DNA of 64,000 nt from Alphaproteobacteria bacterium (lineage in GTDB: Bacteria > Pseudomonadota > Alphaproteobacteria > UBA6615), in assembly GCA_002722515.1 (NCBI GenBank), contig PBMH01000042.1, forward strand, positions 2,346 to 66,345, read 5' to 3'. Position 1 is the stretch's first letter. The number at the start of each line of letters is the position of its first letter. Shown here in pieces: positions 45,724 through 53,774 of the stretch. The notes beneath the pieces are model-generated. The model was not told the origin of the DNA and made no database searches. It worked only from the letters and a program-made list of their open reading frames with translations. Both the position numbers and the translations under genes were made by a program.

Positions 45724-46518
45724 CTACTTACCGGTAAATTTTGGCGTTTCCTTGTTCATGAACGCCTCTGTTGCAATTCGATGATCGTCGGTCATTTGGG
45801 ACATAGCCTCGAAGTTGAATGCGGTATCGAGGACCGCATTCGCCGCCTGCTTCAGCCCGCCGTTCACAGACGCCTTCGTCCATTTGATAGCGTTGGTCGC
45901 ACCGTCAGCGAGACGCGTGGCCATCGCATCCACCGACGCATCGAGTTCTCCAACGGGGACCGCGTGGTTGATGAGGCCGATGGCAGCAGCGTCTTGGGCG
46001 CTGAGCAGATCACCCGTCATGAGATATTCCTTCGCCCTCGCGTAGCCGATCAGCTGCGGCCAGATCACGGCGCCGCCGTCCCCAGCCACGAGGCCAACGG
46101 CGACATGGGGATCACCCAGCTTCGCATTCTCGGTTGCGTAGATAATGTCGCAGAAAAGCGCGATGGTGCAGCCAAGACCGATAGCATGGCCTGGTAAGCG
46201 AGCGATGATAGGTTTCTGCAGGTCGAGCAGACTATTAATAAGACGCTTGCCCTCCCAGACGGTCCTAGCAAAGGCAGCCGGGTCGCCATGCATGGCATTC
46301 AGCCATTGCAAGTCACCGCCGGCGCAAAACGCCTTCCCAGCTCCGGTCAGCACCACAACATCGGCATCATCGTCCGAATCCACATCGAAGAAAATGCGCG
46401 AAAGTTCCTCATGAAGCACGGCGTCAATCGCGTTGAGCGTCTCCGGCCGTGACAGAGTCAACCGTAAAACACGACCGTCGCGTTCGACATTGATTGCAGT
46501 ATATCCATCGTAATCCAT
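45724..46518 (-). CDS. Enoyl-CoA hydratase/isomerase
   Basis: LTLSRPETLNAID, GAGKAFCAGGD and GHAIGLG. ATG at 46518 follows AAGGGGAAAGAG. Confidence 0.85.
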   Translation of the reverse strand: MDYDGYTAINVERDGRVLRLTLSRPETLNAIDAVLHEELSRIFFDVDSDDDADVVVLTGAGKAFCAGGDLQWLNAMHGDPAAFARTVWEGKRLINSLLDLQKPIIARLPGHAIGLGCTIALFCDIIYATENAKLGDPHVAVGLVAGDGGAVIWPQLIGYARAKEYLMTGDLLSAQDAAAIGLINHAVPVGELDASVDAMATRLADGATNAIKWTKASVNGGLKQAANAVLDTAFNFEAMSQMTDDHRIATEAFMNKETPKFTGK

Positions 46519-46640
46519 CTCTTTCCCCTTAAACCATGTCTCTCCGGACATGCTTTCGATCACCGTGCGACCCGAATTACAGAGTCAATGTAGTCGGCTT
46601 TGTCTCGTCAAGACGTTTCAAGATACGGCACCAAAGCTAC

Positions 46641-47069
46641 CTAAAGTTCACCCCGGCGCATTTTCAGCTTCATCTCGACGATCTGATACATATCGAGGCC
46701 CGTCAGCGTGCAAATCTCGTCCATCGGCAACGATGTCTCCTGCAGCAGGACCCGTGCATGGCTCTTAGGGTCGCGTTTGCGATTGTTCCGCCGGGGCACC
46801 CGGGCCGCGGCAGCTGCTTCCTTACGCCTTTCGGCCTCGTCGAGGCCACGCTGGCGCGCTTCCTCCATCGCGGCGTCCCGCCGGGCCTTGTCGGCCTCGG
46901 TCCAAGCATCCGTCATCCGCATCGCCTTGGCGGCACCGTATGCATCCTTGGCCTGTTTACGTGAAACATTCGGAAAACGGCTTTCCGGGCGCTCAGGGGC
47001 CGGCCCGCCGCCGGCGGCCTCCTCAAGCGTCATCCCGCGACTCTTCGCCATGCGTTCGGCAGCGGCCAA
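46641..47069 (-). CDS. Hypothetical Arg/Ala/Glu-rich protein; the true 5' end is unclear
   Basis: TTG start at 47069. The frame stays open upstream to a TAA at 47184-47186 with protein-like sequence but no ATG, GTG or TTG. Confidence 0.4.
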   Translation of the reverse strand: MAAAERMAKSRGMTLEEAAGGGPAPERPESRFPNVSRKQAKDAYGAAKAMRMTDAWTEADKARRDAAMEEARQRGLDEAERRKEAAAAARVPRRNNRKRDPKSHARVLLQETSLPMDEICTLTGLDMYQIVEMKLKMRRGEL

Positions 47070-47265
47070 AGCCGCTGACCTCTCTCCCTCGTAAGGGCTC
47101 TCCTTCGCAAGGTTCAGAAGATTACGGAAGCGGGTCTGCTCCGCTTCGTCAAAGGCCCGTGCGTCACTGATGGCATCACCCCATTAGCCGTAGTTACAAT
47201 GAATCCCAGAGTATAACCGATTACGGCGTCACTCGAAGGGGTTCACACGTTTAATATTCAGCGTC

Positions 47266-47282
47266 ATCACCGAACCGGTGAT
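47266..47282. promoter_or_regulatory. Inverted repeat ATCACCG-N3-CGGTGAT
   Basis: Perfect 7-bp arms, read directly, in the divergent region between the gene at 46641-47069 and the SDR gene at 47444. Confidence 0.35.
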
Positions 47283-47443
47283 TCGGATCGAGATGTTGTC
47301 GGTCGTCAGCAACTTACAATCAAGTCCGATTTTGATCCCAGAGGAGACTGAGCCCCCGATTGACCACCCCAACTATAGCGGCGAAGGGGCTGCGGCGCAG
47401 CCTTACCAAGGATATGATTAGCTCGACAATGAAGGAGAGTACA

Positions 47444-48196
47444 ATGGCATCACTTGAAAACAAGGTCGCAATCATCACGGGTGCAGGCGGCGGCATCGGG
47501 CGCGCTATGTCCTCGCGCTTCGCGACCGAAGGCGCAGCGGTTGTCTGTGTCGACATCAACGAAGAACGGGTGAACACCACCGTAGCAGAGATAACCCACA
47601 ACGGAGGGCGGGGACTAGCAATCGCCGCGGACGTCGCCGAAGAAGCGACTGCGGCGGATGCCGTTGGCGCAGCGGTCAATGCGTTTGGTGGCCTGCACAT
47701 CCTCGTTAGTAATGCGATTTACGACCTTCCACTCGCTCCACTAACTGAAATTTCCTACGACGACTGGCAACGAACAATGGATGTCAATCTCAACAGCGCC
47801 TTCCTGTTCTCCAAGCACGCGATCCCAGTGATCGAGACCAATGGCGGTGGTAGCATTGTATTGATCGCATCCCAACTCGGGCGCACGGCGAAGCCCGGAC
47901 GCCCCTGGTATTGCGCTCAAAAGGGCGCGCTAATCAACATGGCCAAAGCCATGGCACTCGACCATGCACATCAGAATATCCGAGTAAACAGCCTTTCACC
48001 GGGGCCAGTAGAGACCGATAGGTTCGTGACAAACTTCAATGATCGCCGTGAAGCGCAGGCGGCCAACGCCACCATGTTCGATCGCCTCGGGAAACCCGAG
48101 GAGATCGCGGCTGGCGCGGTCTTCTTGGCCAGCGAAGAATCCACCTTTATGACCGGAGCCGACCTCCTTATCGACGGCGGCTATACCGCAATGTGA
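47444..48196 (+). CDS. SDR family oxidoreductase
   Basis: TGAGGGIG, NAI and YCAQK motifs. ATG at 47444 follows AAGGAGA. Confidence 0.9.
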   Translation: MASLENKVAIITGAGGGIGRAMSSRFATEGAAVVCVDINEERVNTTVAEITHNGGRGLAIAADVAEEATAADAVGAAVNAFGGLHILVSNAIYDLPLAPLTEISYDDWQRTMDVNLNSAFLFSKHAIPVIETNGGGSIVLIASQLGRTAKPGRPWYCAQKGALINMAKAMALDHAHQNIRVNSLSPGPVETDRFVTNFNDRREAQAANATMFDRLGKPEEIAAGAVFLASEESTFMTGADLLIDGGYTAM

Positions 48197-48412
48197 CATT
48201 GAAATGAATTCCGGTTTTGCTATTACCGGGTCACGAGGAGGAGGAAGTGATTATGGACGGTAAAATGATAACGACCGTGGATGGCTGCCAGAGCTCGGGC
48301 CGATCAGCACAACCAGCCTAGCCAACCCGCTAGGTTTCTTGCTCCCAAACGCAGCCTTCTGGTGCCCCACCGGTGCCTTCACACTCGCGATCCAACCCGT
48401 CGGGGAATGCGC

Positions 48413-50182
48413 TTACCTCTCCGGGACTACCGGCAACAGAACGTGGGACGGGTGGTCCGGCCCCGTATGCAGCGTAACCTTCTTTCCAAAGACATCGAGC
48501 GGCCGGTTCGTGGGCATCTCATGCTTGAACGGCCCGACGCCATACTGGACTCGACCAGCAATCATCGAGTCCCCTGGTGTCCAGCCCGGCCAGACATAAT
48601 CGCGACCGCGCACACTGAGACCCAACCGGTAGCCCTCCGGCAGCACGATGGACGTCGGCCATATTTCAATATCCAGCTCATAGATATCACCCGGCGTCAG
48701 CGGCTGCACCTCATCATGGGCATGGTAAGGCCGATAGGGCAGGGTCTGGTCGGGATCGAGTTTGCGGTGTGACGCCCGCAACCAACCAAGACCAACCGGA
48801 GTGTGCGGATCGTTTGCGCCCTTGTAGACAATTTCCTTCATATCCGGCTTGAACGCCCGCAGCACCAGGAATAGATCGGCGTCTTCGGTTTCCGACGAAA
48901 TGAACAACTTAGCGGCCACGGGCCCCGTGATCTCCGTCTCTTCCTCCATCGGAGCCGTAAGAAAAGTCGCACCGTCCCCCATCGCCTCATAAGTGTAGCT
49001 CCCAACCTCGGCCATCGGCAGTTCGGATAGGGTCTTGCCCACTGGATCGAGATACATCTGAGTCCATTGGGTACGAGGGATAGGCCATTCCTCCTCGGCC
49101 CGCTCCACAAACACCTCGTCCGGATGCCGGATCAAGAGCTGTACCTTCGGCTGCGCGTCCCAGCCTGTGTCCTCGCCCTTTAGAAAATGTCCGAGGAAAC
49201 GTCGCTGTAGGTCGATACCATAGTCGGTATAGTAGTGAGTGAAGTGCTCCAAGCCATGAATCTCCAGCCATTTCTGGTCACTCGCGGAGTTCACGTAACC
49301 CTCTGTATTACCGCGCGGGTGTAGACCCACACCGCCCCAATTCCCCGATGACAGAAGCGGCACTTTGATTTTGGAGTAGTCCGGCATTCGGGCCTTCCAG
49401 TAATCGTCGACCAGCGGATGGGCTAGAATATCACTACCAAAATCTGTGCGATTGCCCGAGAGTTCTTCCTCCGACAATGTCTCAGGACCCGATATCCAAT
49501 CGCCATTAAGCCGGCTCTTCTTGCCGTAGGCGCCCTTTCCATGCTGCCGCGGTACAACGGCGGAATTGTACCAGATGGACGGGAAACGGCATGCAATGCC
49601 ACCATGATGGCCCATATCACGATAGAAGTCGGCCGCGCCTTCCCAGACACACATAGCAGCGAGATGCTTTGGCTGAAGAGATGCAACCTGCCATTGGTTC
49701 ATGCCGTAATATGAAATTCCCGAGGTACCGACCTTACCGTTTGACCAGCCCTGGGTTCCGGCCCAGTTGATGCAATCGTGAAAATCACGAGCTTCACGCG
49801 CCGACCAGACGTCAAGATAGCCAGGCGAGCGGCCTGCGCCACGAGAATCCACACGCATACAGATATAGCCGTCCGGCACCCATTTCTCTGGGTCGACCAG
49901 CTCCCAGTTCTGATACCGGTTCGACGAACCCGCGAGACAGTCGGGATAGTCCTCGATCATCTGTTTCCACTGGTAGGGATAGCCATCCTCCCACGCAAGC
50001 CACTTCGCATAGGGCCCATAGCTGATGATCACAGGATACTGGCCGTCATCGTCAGGGCGGTAGATATCGGCGCGCAAAATAATCCCATCATCCATCTCGA
50101 TCGGTACGTCCCAATCGATGCGCATGCCATCATTAACCTTCGATGTCATCTGGCTATCACCTGGTGTCTGAGTACTGCTCAT
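48413..50182 (-). CDS. CocE/NonD family serine hydrolase (peptidase S15 + PepX_C), paralogue 1
   Basis: GMRIDWDVPIEMDDG, VDSRGAGRSPG, GISYYG nucleophile elbow, NWGGVGLHPRGN and GWLRASHRKLD. GGGGGA RBS. No signal peptide. Confidence 0.85.
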   Translation of the reverse strand: MSSTQTPGDSQMTSKVNDGMRIDWDVPIEMDDGIILRADIYRPDDDGQYPVIISYGPYAKWLAWEDGYPYQWKQMIEDYPDCLAGSSNRYQNWELVDPEKWVPDGYICMRVDSRGAGRSPGYLDVWSAREARDFHDCINWAGTQGWSNGKVGTSGISYYGMNQWQVASLQPKHLAAMCVWEGAADFYRDMGHHGGIACRFPSIWYNSAVVPRQHGKGAYGKKSRLNGDWISGPETLSEEELSGNRTDFGSDILAHPLVDDYWKARMPDYSKIKVPLLSSGNWGGVGLHPRGNTEGYVNSASDQKWLEIHGLEHFTHYYTDYGIDLQRRFLGHFLKGEDTGWDAQPKVQLLIRHPDEVFVERAEEEWPIPRTQWTQMYLDPVGKTLSELPMAEVGSYTYEAMGDGATFLTAPMEEETEITGPVAAKLFISSETEDADLFLVLRAFKPDMKEIVYKGANDPHTPVGLGWLRASHRKLDPDQTLPYRPYHAHDEVQPLTPGDIYELDIEIWPTSIVLPEGYRLGLSVRGRDYVWPGWTPGDSMIAGRVQYGVGPFKHEMPTNRPLDVFGKKVTLHTGPDHPSHVLLPVVPER

Positions 50183-50203
50183 CTCTACGTCCCCCTAATT
50201 AGT

Positions 50204-51985
50204 CTATTTACGTTTCCTAGCCGCGCGTTTGGGCGGAACCACCGGCAGCAACAAGTGCGACGGGTGGTTCGGCCCGCAATGAATCGTGACGTTGCCGCCA
50301 TAAACCCGTGCATCCCGCCCGTCATGGACAAAGGGCCCAACGCCGGTGAATTCGTTCTTCATGTTGGATAACCTGCCACCTGAACCGCCCGGATAAACAT
50401 AGTCACAGCCACGTACGGTCAAGCCCAGGCGGTATCCTGGCGGTACTACAATCGAGGTCGGCCAGATCTCGACGTCAAGCTCACAGACTGATCCTGGCTT
50501 GAGAAGCTGTTTCTCGTCGTGGCTGTGGTAGGGCTGATACTTGCGTGATTTCTTTCGGTCTAACTTACGGTGCGAGGCCCGCAGCCAGCCTTGGGCAATC
50601 GGCGTGTGCGGGTCAAGTGCGCCCCTGAAGGTGACCTCCTTTAGGTCAGGTGCGAACAACCGCACGACCAAAAAAAGATCCGCATCCTTCGTCGTGGACG
50701 ATACGAACAGCTTAGCCGCCAGCGGTCCCGTGATTTCCCCCGCCTTGTCGGAGGCAGGCGCGAGAAATGTCACGCCATCACCGAGGCCGGCATAGGTGAT
50801 CGCGCACTTGCGTTCAGGCTTGCGCGCAGCCAGAGCCCCGCTCGCTGGATCGAGATAAACTTTAGTCCATTTCGTGCGCTTAATAGGCCATTCGCCTTCC
50901 GCACGCACCACGAATTTCTCACCGGGTTTCCGAACATTCAGAAGCACCTTCGGCTGGCGCTTCCAGCCAGTATCCTCGCCTTTCAAGAAATGCCCGAAGA
51001 AGCGCTTCTGAAGATCAAGCCCGTAGTCGGTGTAGAACTCCGTCCAGTGCTCGCGACCGTGCATCTCGAGCCATTTCTGTTTCGATGCCGCGTGAACAAA
51101 CCCGTCGATATTGCCGCGCGGATGCAGCCCCTGCCCGCCCCAGTTACCGGCCGACAAAACTGGCACATCAATCTTTGACCAGTCGGCAGAACGACCACGA
51201 TACCATTCATCATCAAGCGTTCGTGATAGCAACTCCCCGGGCAGATTCGTTCGGTTCTGCTTGAGCTTCGTCCGCGAGAAGGTTTCCGGACCACAGACGA
51301 GATCTCCATGGACCGCCGAACGAGGTCCGTTCTTGCCGAGGCCGTGCTGCACGGATTCGACTTGCTTATCATACCAATTGGTTACGAAGGTCGACAGGAT
51401 GCCGCCATGATAGTTAGAGTCCCGGTAATAGTCCCCGGCTCCTTCCCAAACGCATAACGCCGTCAGATGCTTCGGCTTTAGTGCCGCCACATGCCATTGG
51501 TTGATCGCATAATAGGAGATCCCGTTCAGCCCAACCTTGCCGTTCGACCAGGACTGCGTACCGGCCCAGTCGATGCAGGCCGCAAAGTCACGGGTCTCGC
51601 GCGGCGAACGCACGTCTACAACGCCCGGTGAACGACCGGAGCCCCGGGAATCGACCCGAATGACCACATAGCCGTCTGGCACCCACTTCTCCGGGTCTAC
51701 AACCTCCCAGTTGGCGTATTTGTTGGTCGAGCCCCGGGCAACCTCGGGAAAGGCCTCTACCATGATGTTCCAGGCGGTCTCGTAGCCCTCCTGGAAGGAC
51801 AGGCCCTTGGCGTAGGGCCCATGGCTCATTATGACAGGAAAGCGACCCTGCTTGTTCGGACGAAAGATATCTGCCCGCAGAACGTTACCGTCATCCATCT
51901 CAATCGGCACGTCCCAGTCAATGCGCATTCCATCGCACACCTGAGTACGAAACTGGGAATCATGAACATAGGGCTTTTTTGCCAC
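50204..51985 (-). CDS. CocE/NonD family serine hydrolase, paralogue 2
   Basis: Same motif set, with GISYYA. GTG start 8 nt after the paralogue 3 stop. Basic C-terminal tail PPKRAARKRK. Confidence 0.85.
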   Translation of the reverse strand: MAKKPYVHDSQFRTQVCDGMRIDWDVPIEMDDGNVLRADIFRPNKQGRFPVIMSHGPYAKGLSFQEGYETAWNIMVEAFPEVARGSTNKYANWEVVDPEKWVPDGYVVIRVDSRGSGRSPGVVDVRSPRETRDFAACIDWAGTQSWSNGKVGLNGISYYAINQWHVAALKPKHLTALCVWEGAGDYYRDSNYHGGILSTFVTNWYDKQVESVQHGLGKNGPRSAVHGDLVCGPETFSRTKLKQNRTNLPGELLSRTLDDEWYRGRSADWSKIDVPVLSAGNWGGQGLHPRGNIDGFVHAASKQKWLEMHGREHWTEFYTDYGLDLQKRFFGHFLKGEDTGWKRQPKVLLNVRKPGEKFVVRAEGEWPIKRTKWTKVYLDPASGALAARKPERKCAITYAGLGDGVTFLAPASDKAGEITGPLAAKLFVSSTTKDADLFLVVRLFAPDLKEVTFRGALDPHTPIAQGWLRASHRKLDRKKSRKYQPYHSHDEKQLLKPGSVCELDVEIWPTSIVVPPGYRLGLTVRGCDYVYPGGSGGRLSNMKNEFTGVGPFVHDGRDARVYGGNVTIHCGPNHPSHLLLPVVPPKRAARKRK

Positions 51986-51993
51986 GTCCGCGC

Positions 51994-53763
51994 CTATTTA
52001 GCAGGGATGATTGGCAACAGCACGTAACCAGCATGGTCGCCACCCAGATGCACCGTCACATTGTTGTCGAACACTTCGGGTGGGCGGTCGGTTTCGTCAT
52101 CATGCAGGAACGGTCCTACACCGGTGAAGGTGTTCTTCATGTTCGACAGGCCAGCATTCGGCTCGCCAGGATAGACATAGTCGCAACCCCGGATCGACAG
52201 CGCGAACCGGCAGCCCTTCGGCACCACGATGCCCGACCCGTGGATTTCTATGTCGAGCTCATAAACCTCGCCAGGTGTAAGCACCTGGAGCTCGTCATGG
52301 GTGTGATACGGAGCCCATTCCTTAGTGCGCGCCGGGTCGAGCTTGCGATGAGACGCACGGAGCCAACCAGACGCGACCGGCGTGTGCGGGTCGAGCGCAC
52401 CGCGAAAGGTCACCTCCTTCATGTCCGACTGGAAGACGCGCAGGACGACAAACATATCCGCGTCCTTGGTGTCCGACTCTATATTTACCTTCACCGCCAT
52501 AGGCCCGCAAATTTCTATATCCTCGGCCACCGGGTTCGAGAGAAAAGTGAGTCCATCGCCCATCGCACGATAGGTTATCGCCGCACTCTCACCAGCGGGC
52601 ACGTTCGAGAGAATCTGACCCGCGGGCTCAAAGTGGAACTTCGTCCATTCGGTACGCGGCAATGGCCAGTCTTCCTCTTCGCGCGGGACAAACTTCTCAC
52701 CCGGATGACGCACATTCAGAAGCACACGCGGCTGGTTCTTCCAGCCGGAATCCTCACCCTTGAGGAAGCAATCGAAGAAGCGCCACTGCAGATCATTGCC
52801 GTAATCCGTGTAGTAGAGCGACCAATGCTCCAGGCCATGGACCTCGAGCCACTTCTCCTGCGAGCCCGACAACATGTAGCCGTCGAAGTTGCCACGCGGG
52901 TGCAGGGGCGCGCCTCCCCAGTTGGCGCAACTCAGAACCGGGACATTAATCTTCGAGTAGTCGACCTCTCGTTCTTCAAAAAACTCGTCATAGAGGGGAT
53001 GGGCGCGCATAGATTGATGTAGGTCGAACCGGTTCGCACCCAGCTCGGAATCGGACAGGGTCTCGGGGCCGGCCGACCATTCTCCGTTAGCGCGTGATCG
53101 GTAGCCACGATCACCATAGCCGTGCTGCAGTTGCATGATCTGCATGTCGTACCAATTCTTGGCGAAGGTCGAGTAGATGCCGCCGTGATAGCTACCCTCG
53201 CGATAATAATCCGTAGAACCCTCCCACGGGCAGATAGCAGCCAGGTGTGGCGGTTGCATCGCGGCCACCTGCCATTGGTTTATTGCGTAATAGGAAATGC
53301 CGCTCAGGCCCACCTTGCCGTTCGACCAAGGCTGCACGCCGCCCCATTCGATGCAGTCATAGAAATCCTTGGTCTCGCGGGCGTTAAAATGCTCGAGATA
53401 CCCCGGTGAACGGCCGGCGCCTCGTGAATCCACGCGCACCAGAACATATCCGCGAGGCACCCATTTCTCCGGGTCTGCTACCTCCCACGCCTGGTGAATA
53501 TTAGTCGAGCCCCGCGGGACGTCCGGATGGTTTTCGCACATCAGGTCCCAACAGGTCTTGTAGATCTCCTCGAAGTGGAGATCTTTGCCATAGGGACCAT
53601 GAGACATGACAACGGGATACCGGCCATCATCGTCCGGACGATAGACATTCGCGCGCAGCACAAGCCCGTCATCCATCTCGATGGGCACGTCCCAGTCGAC
53701 ACGCATGCCCTCACGGGCCTCACTTTTGAACAGCGGATCGTCGGTATATTTGATGTCGATCAT
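51994..53763 (-). CDS. CocE/NonD family serine hydrolase, paralogue 3
   Basis: Same motif set. GGGGAG RBS. Long identical runs with paralogue 4. Confidence 0.85.
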   Translation of the reverse strand: MIDIKYTDDPLFKSEAREGMRVDWDVPIEMDDGLVLRANVYRPDDDGRYPVVMSHGPYGKDLHFEEIYKTCWDLMCENHPDVPRGSTNIHQAWEVADPEKWVPRGYVLVRVDSRGAGRSPGYLEHFNARETKDFYDCIEWGGVQPWSNGKVGLSGISYYAINQWQVAAMQPPHLAAICPWEGSTDYYREGSYHGGIYSTFAKNWYDMQIMQLQHGYGDRGYRSRANGEWSAGPETLSDSELGANRFDLHQSMRAHPLYDEFFEEREVDYSKINVPVLSCANWGGAPLHPRGNFDGYMLSGSQEKWLEVHGLEHWSLYYTDYGNDLQWRFFDCFLKGEDSGWKNQPRVLLNVRHPGEKFVPREEEDWPLPRTEWTKFHFEPAGQILSNVPAGESAAITYRAMGDGLTFLSNPVAEDIEICGPMAVKVNIESDTKDADMFVVLRVFQSDMKEVTFRGALDPHTPVASGWLRASHRKLDPARTKEWAPYHTHDELQVLTPGEVYELDIEIHGSGIVVPKGCRFALSIRGCDYVYPGEPNAGLSNMKNTFTGVGPFLHDDETDRPPEVFDNNVTVHLGGDHAGYVLLPIIPAK

Positions 53764-53774
53764 GGAACTCCCCG

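Noticed and set aside
51979-53022. Long antisense ORFs opposite the CocE/NonD genes: 51979-53022 (347 aa), 54903-55700 (265 aa), 54165-54803 (212 aa), 49778-50371 (197 aa), 48281-48772 and 56812-57273.
   Set aside because: They lie entirely antisense to strongly supported genes. They are Arg/His/Val-rich with no recognisable motifs, and they recur in every paralogue, as expected for stop-poor antisense frames in GC-rich coding DNA.
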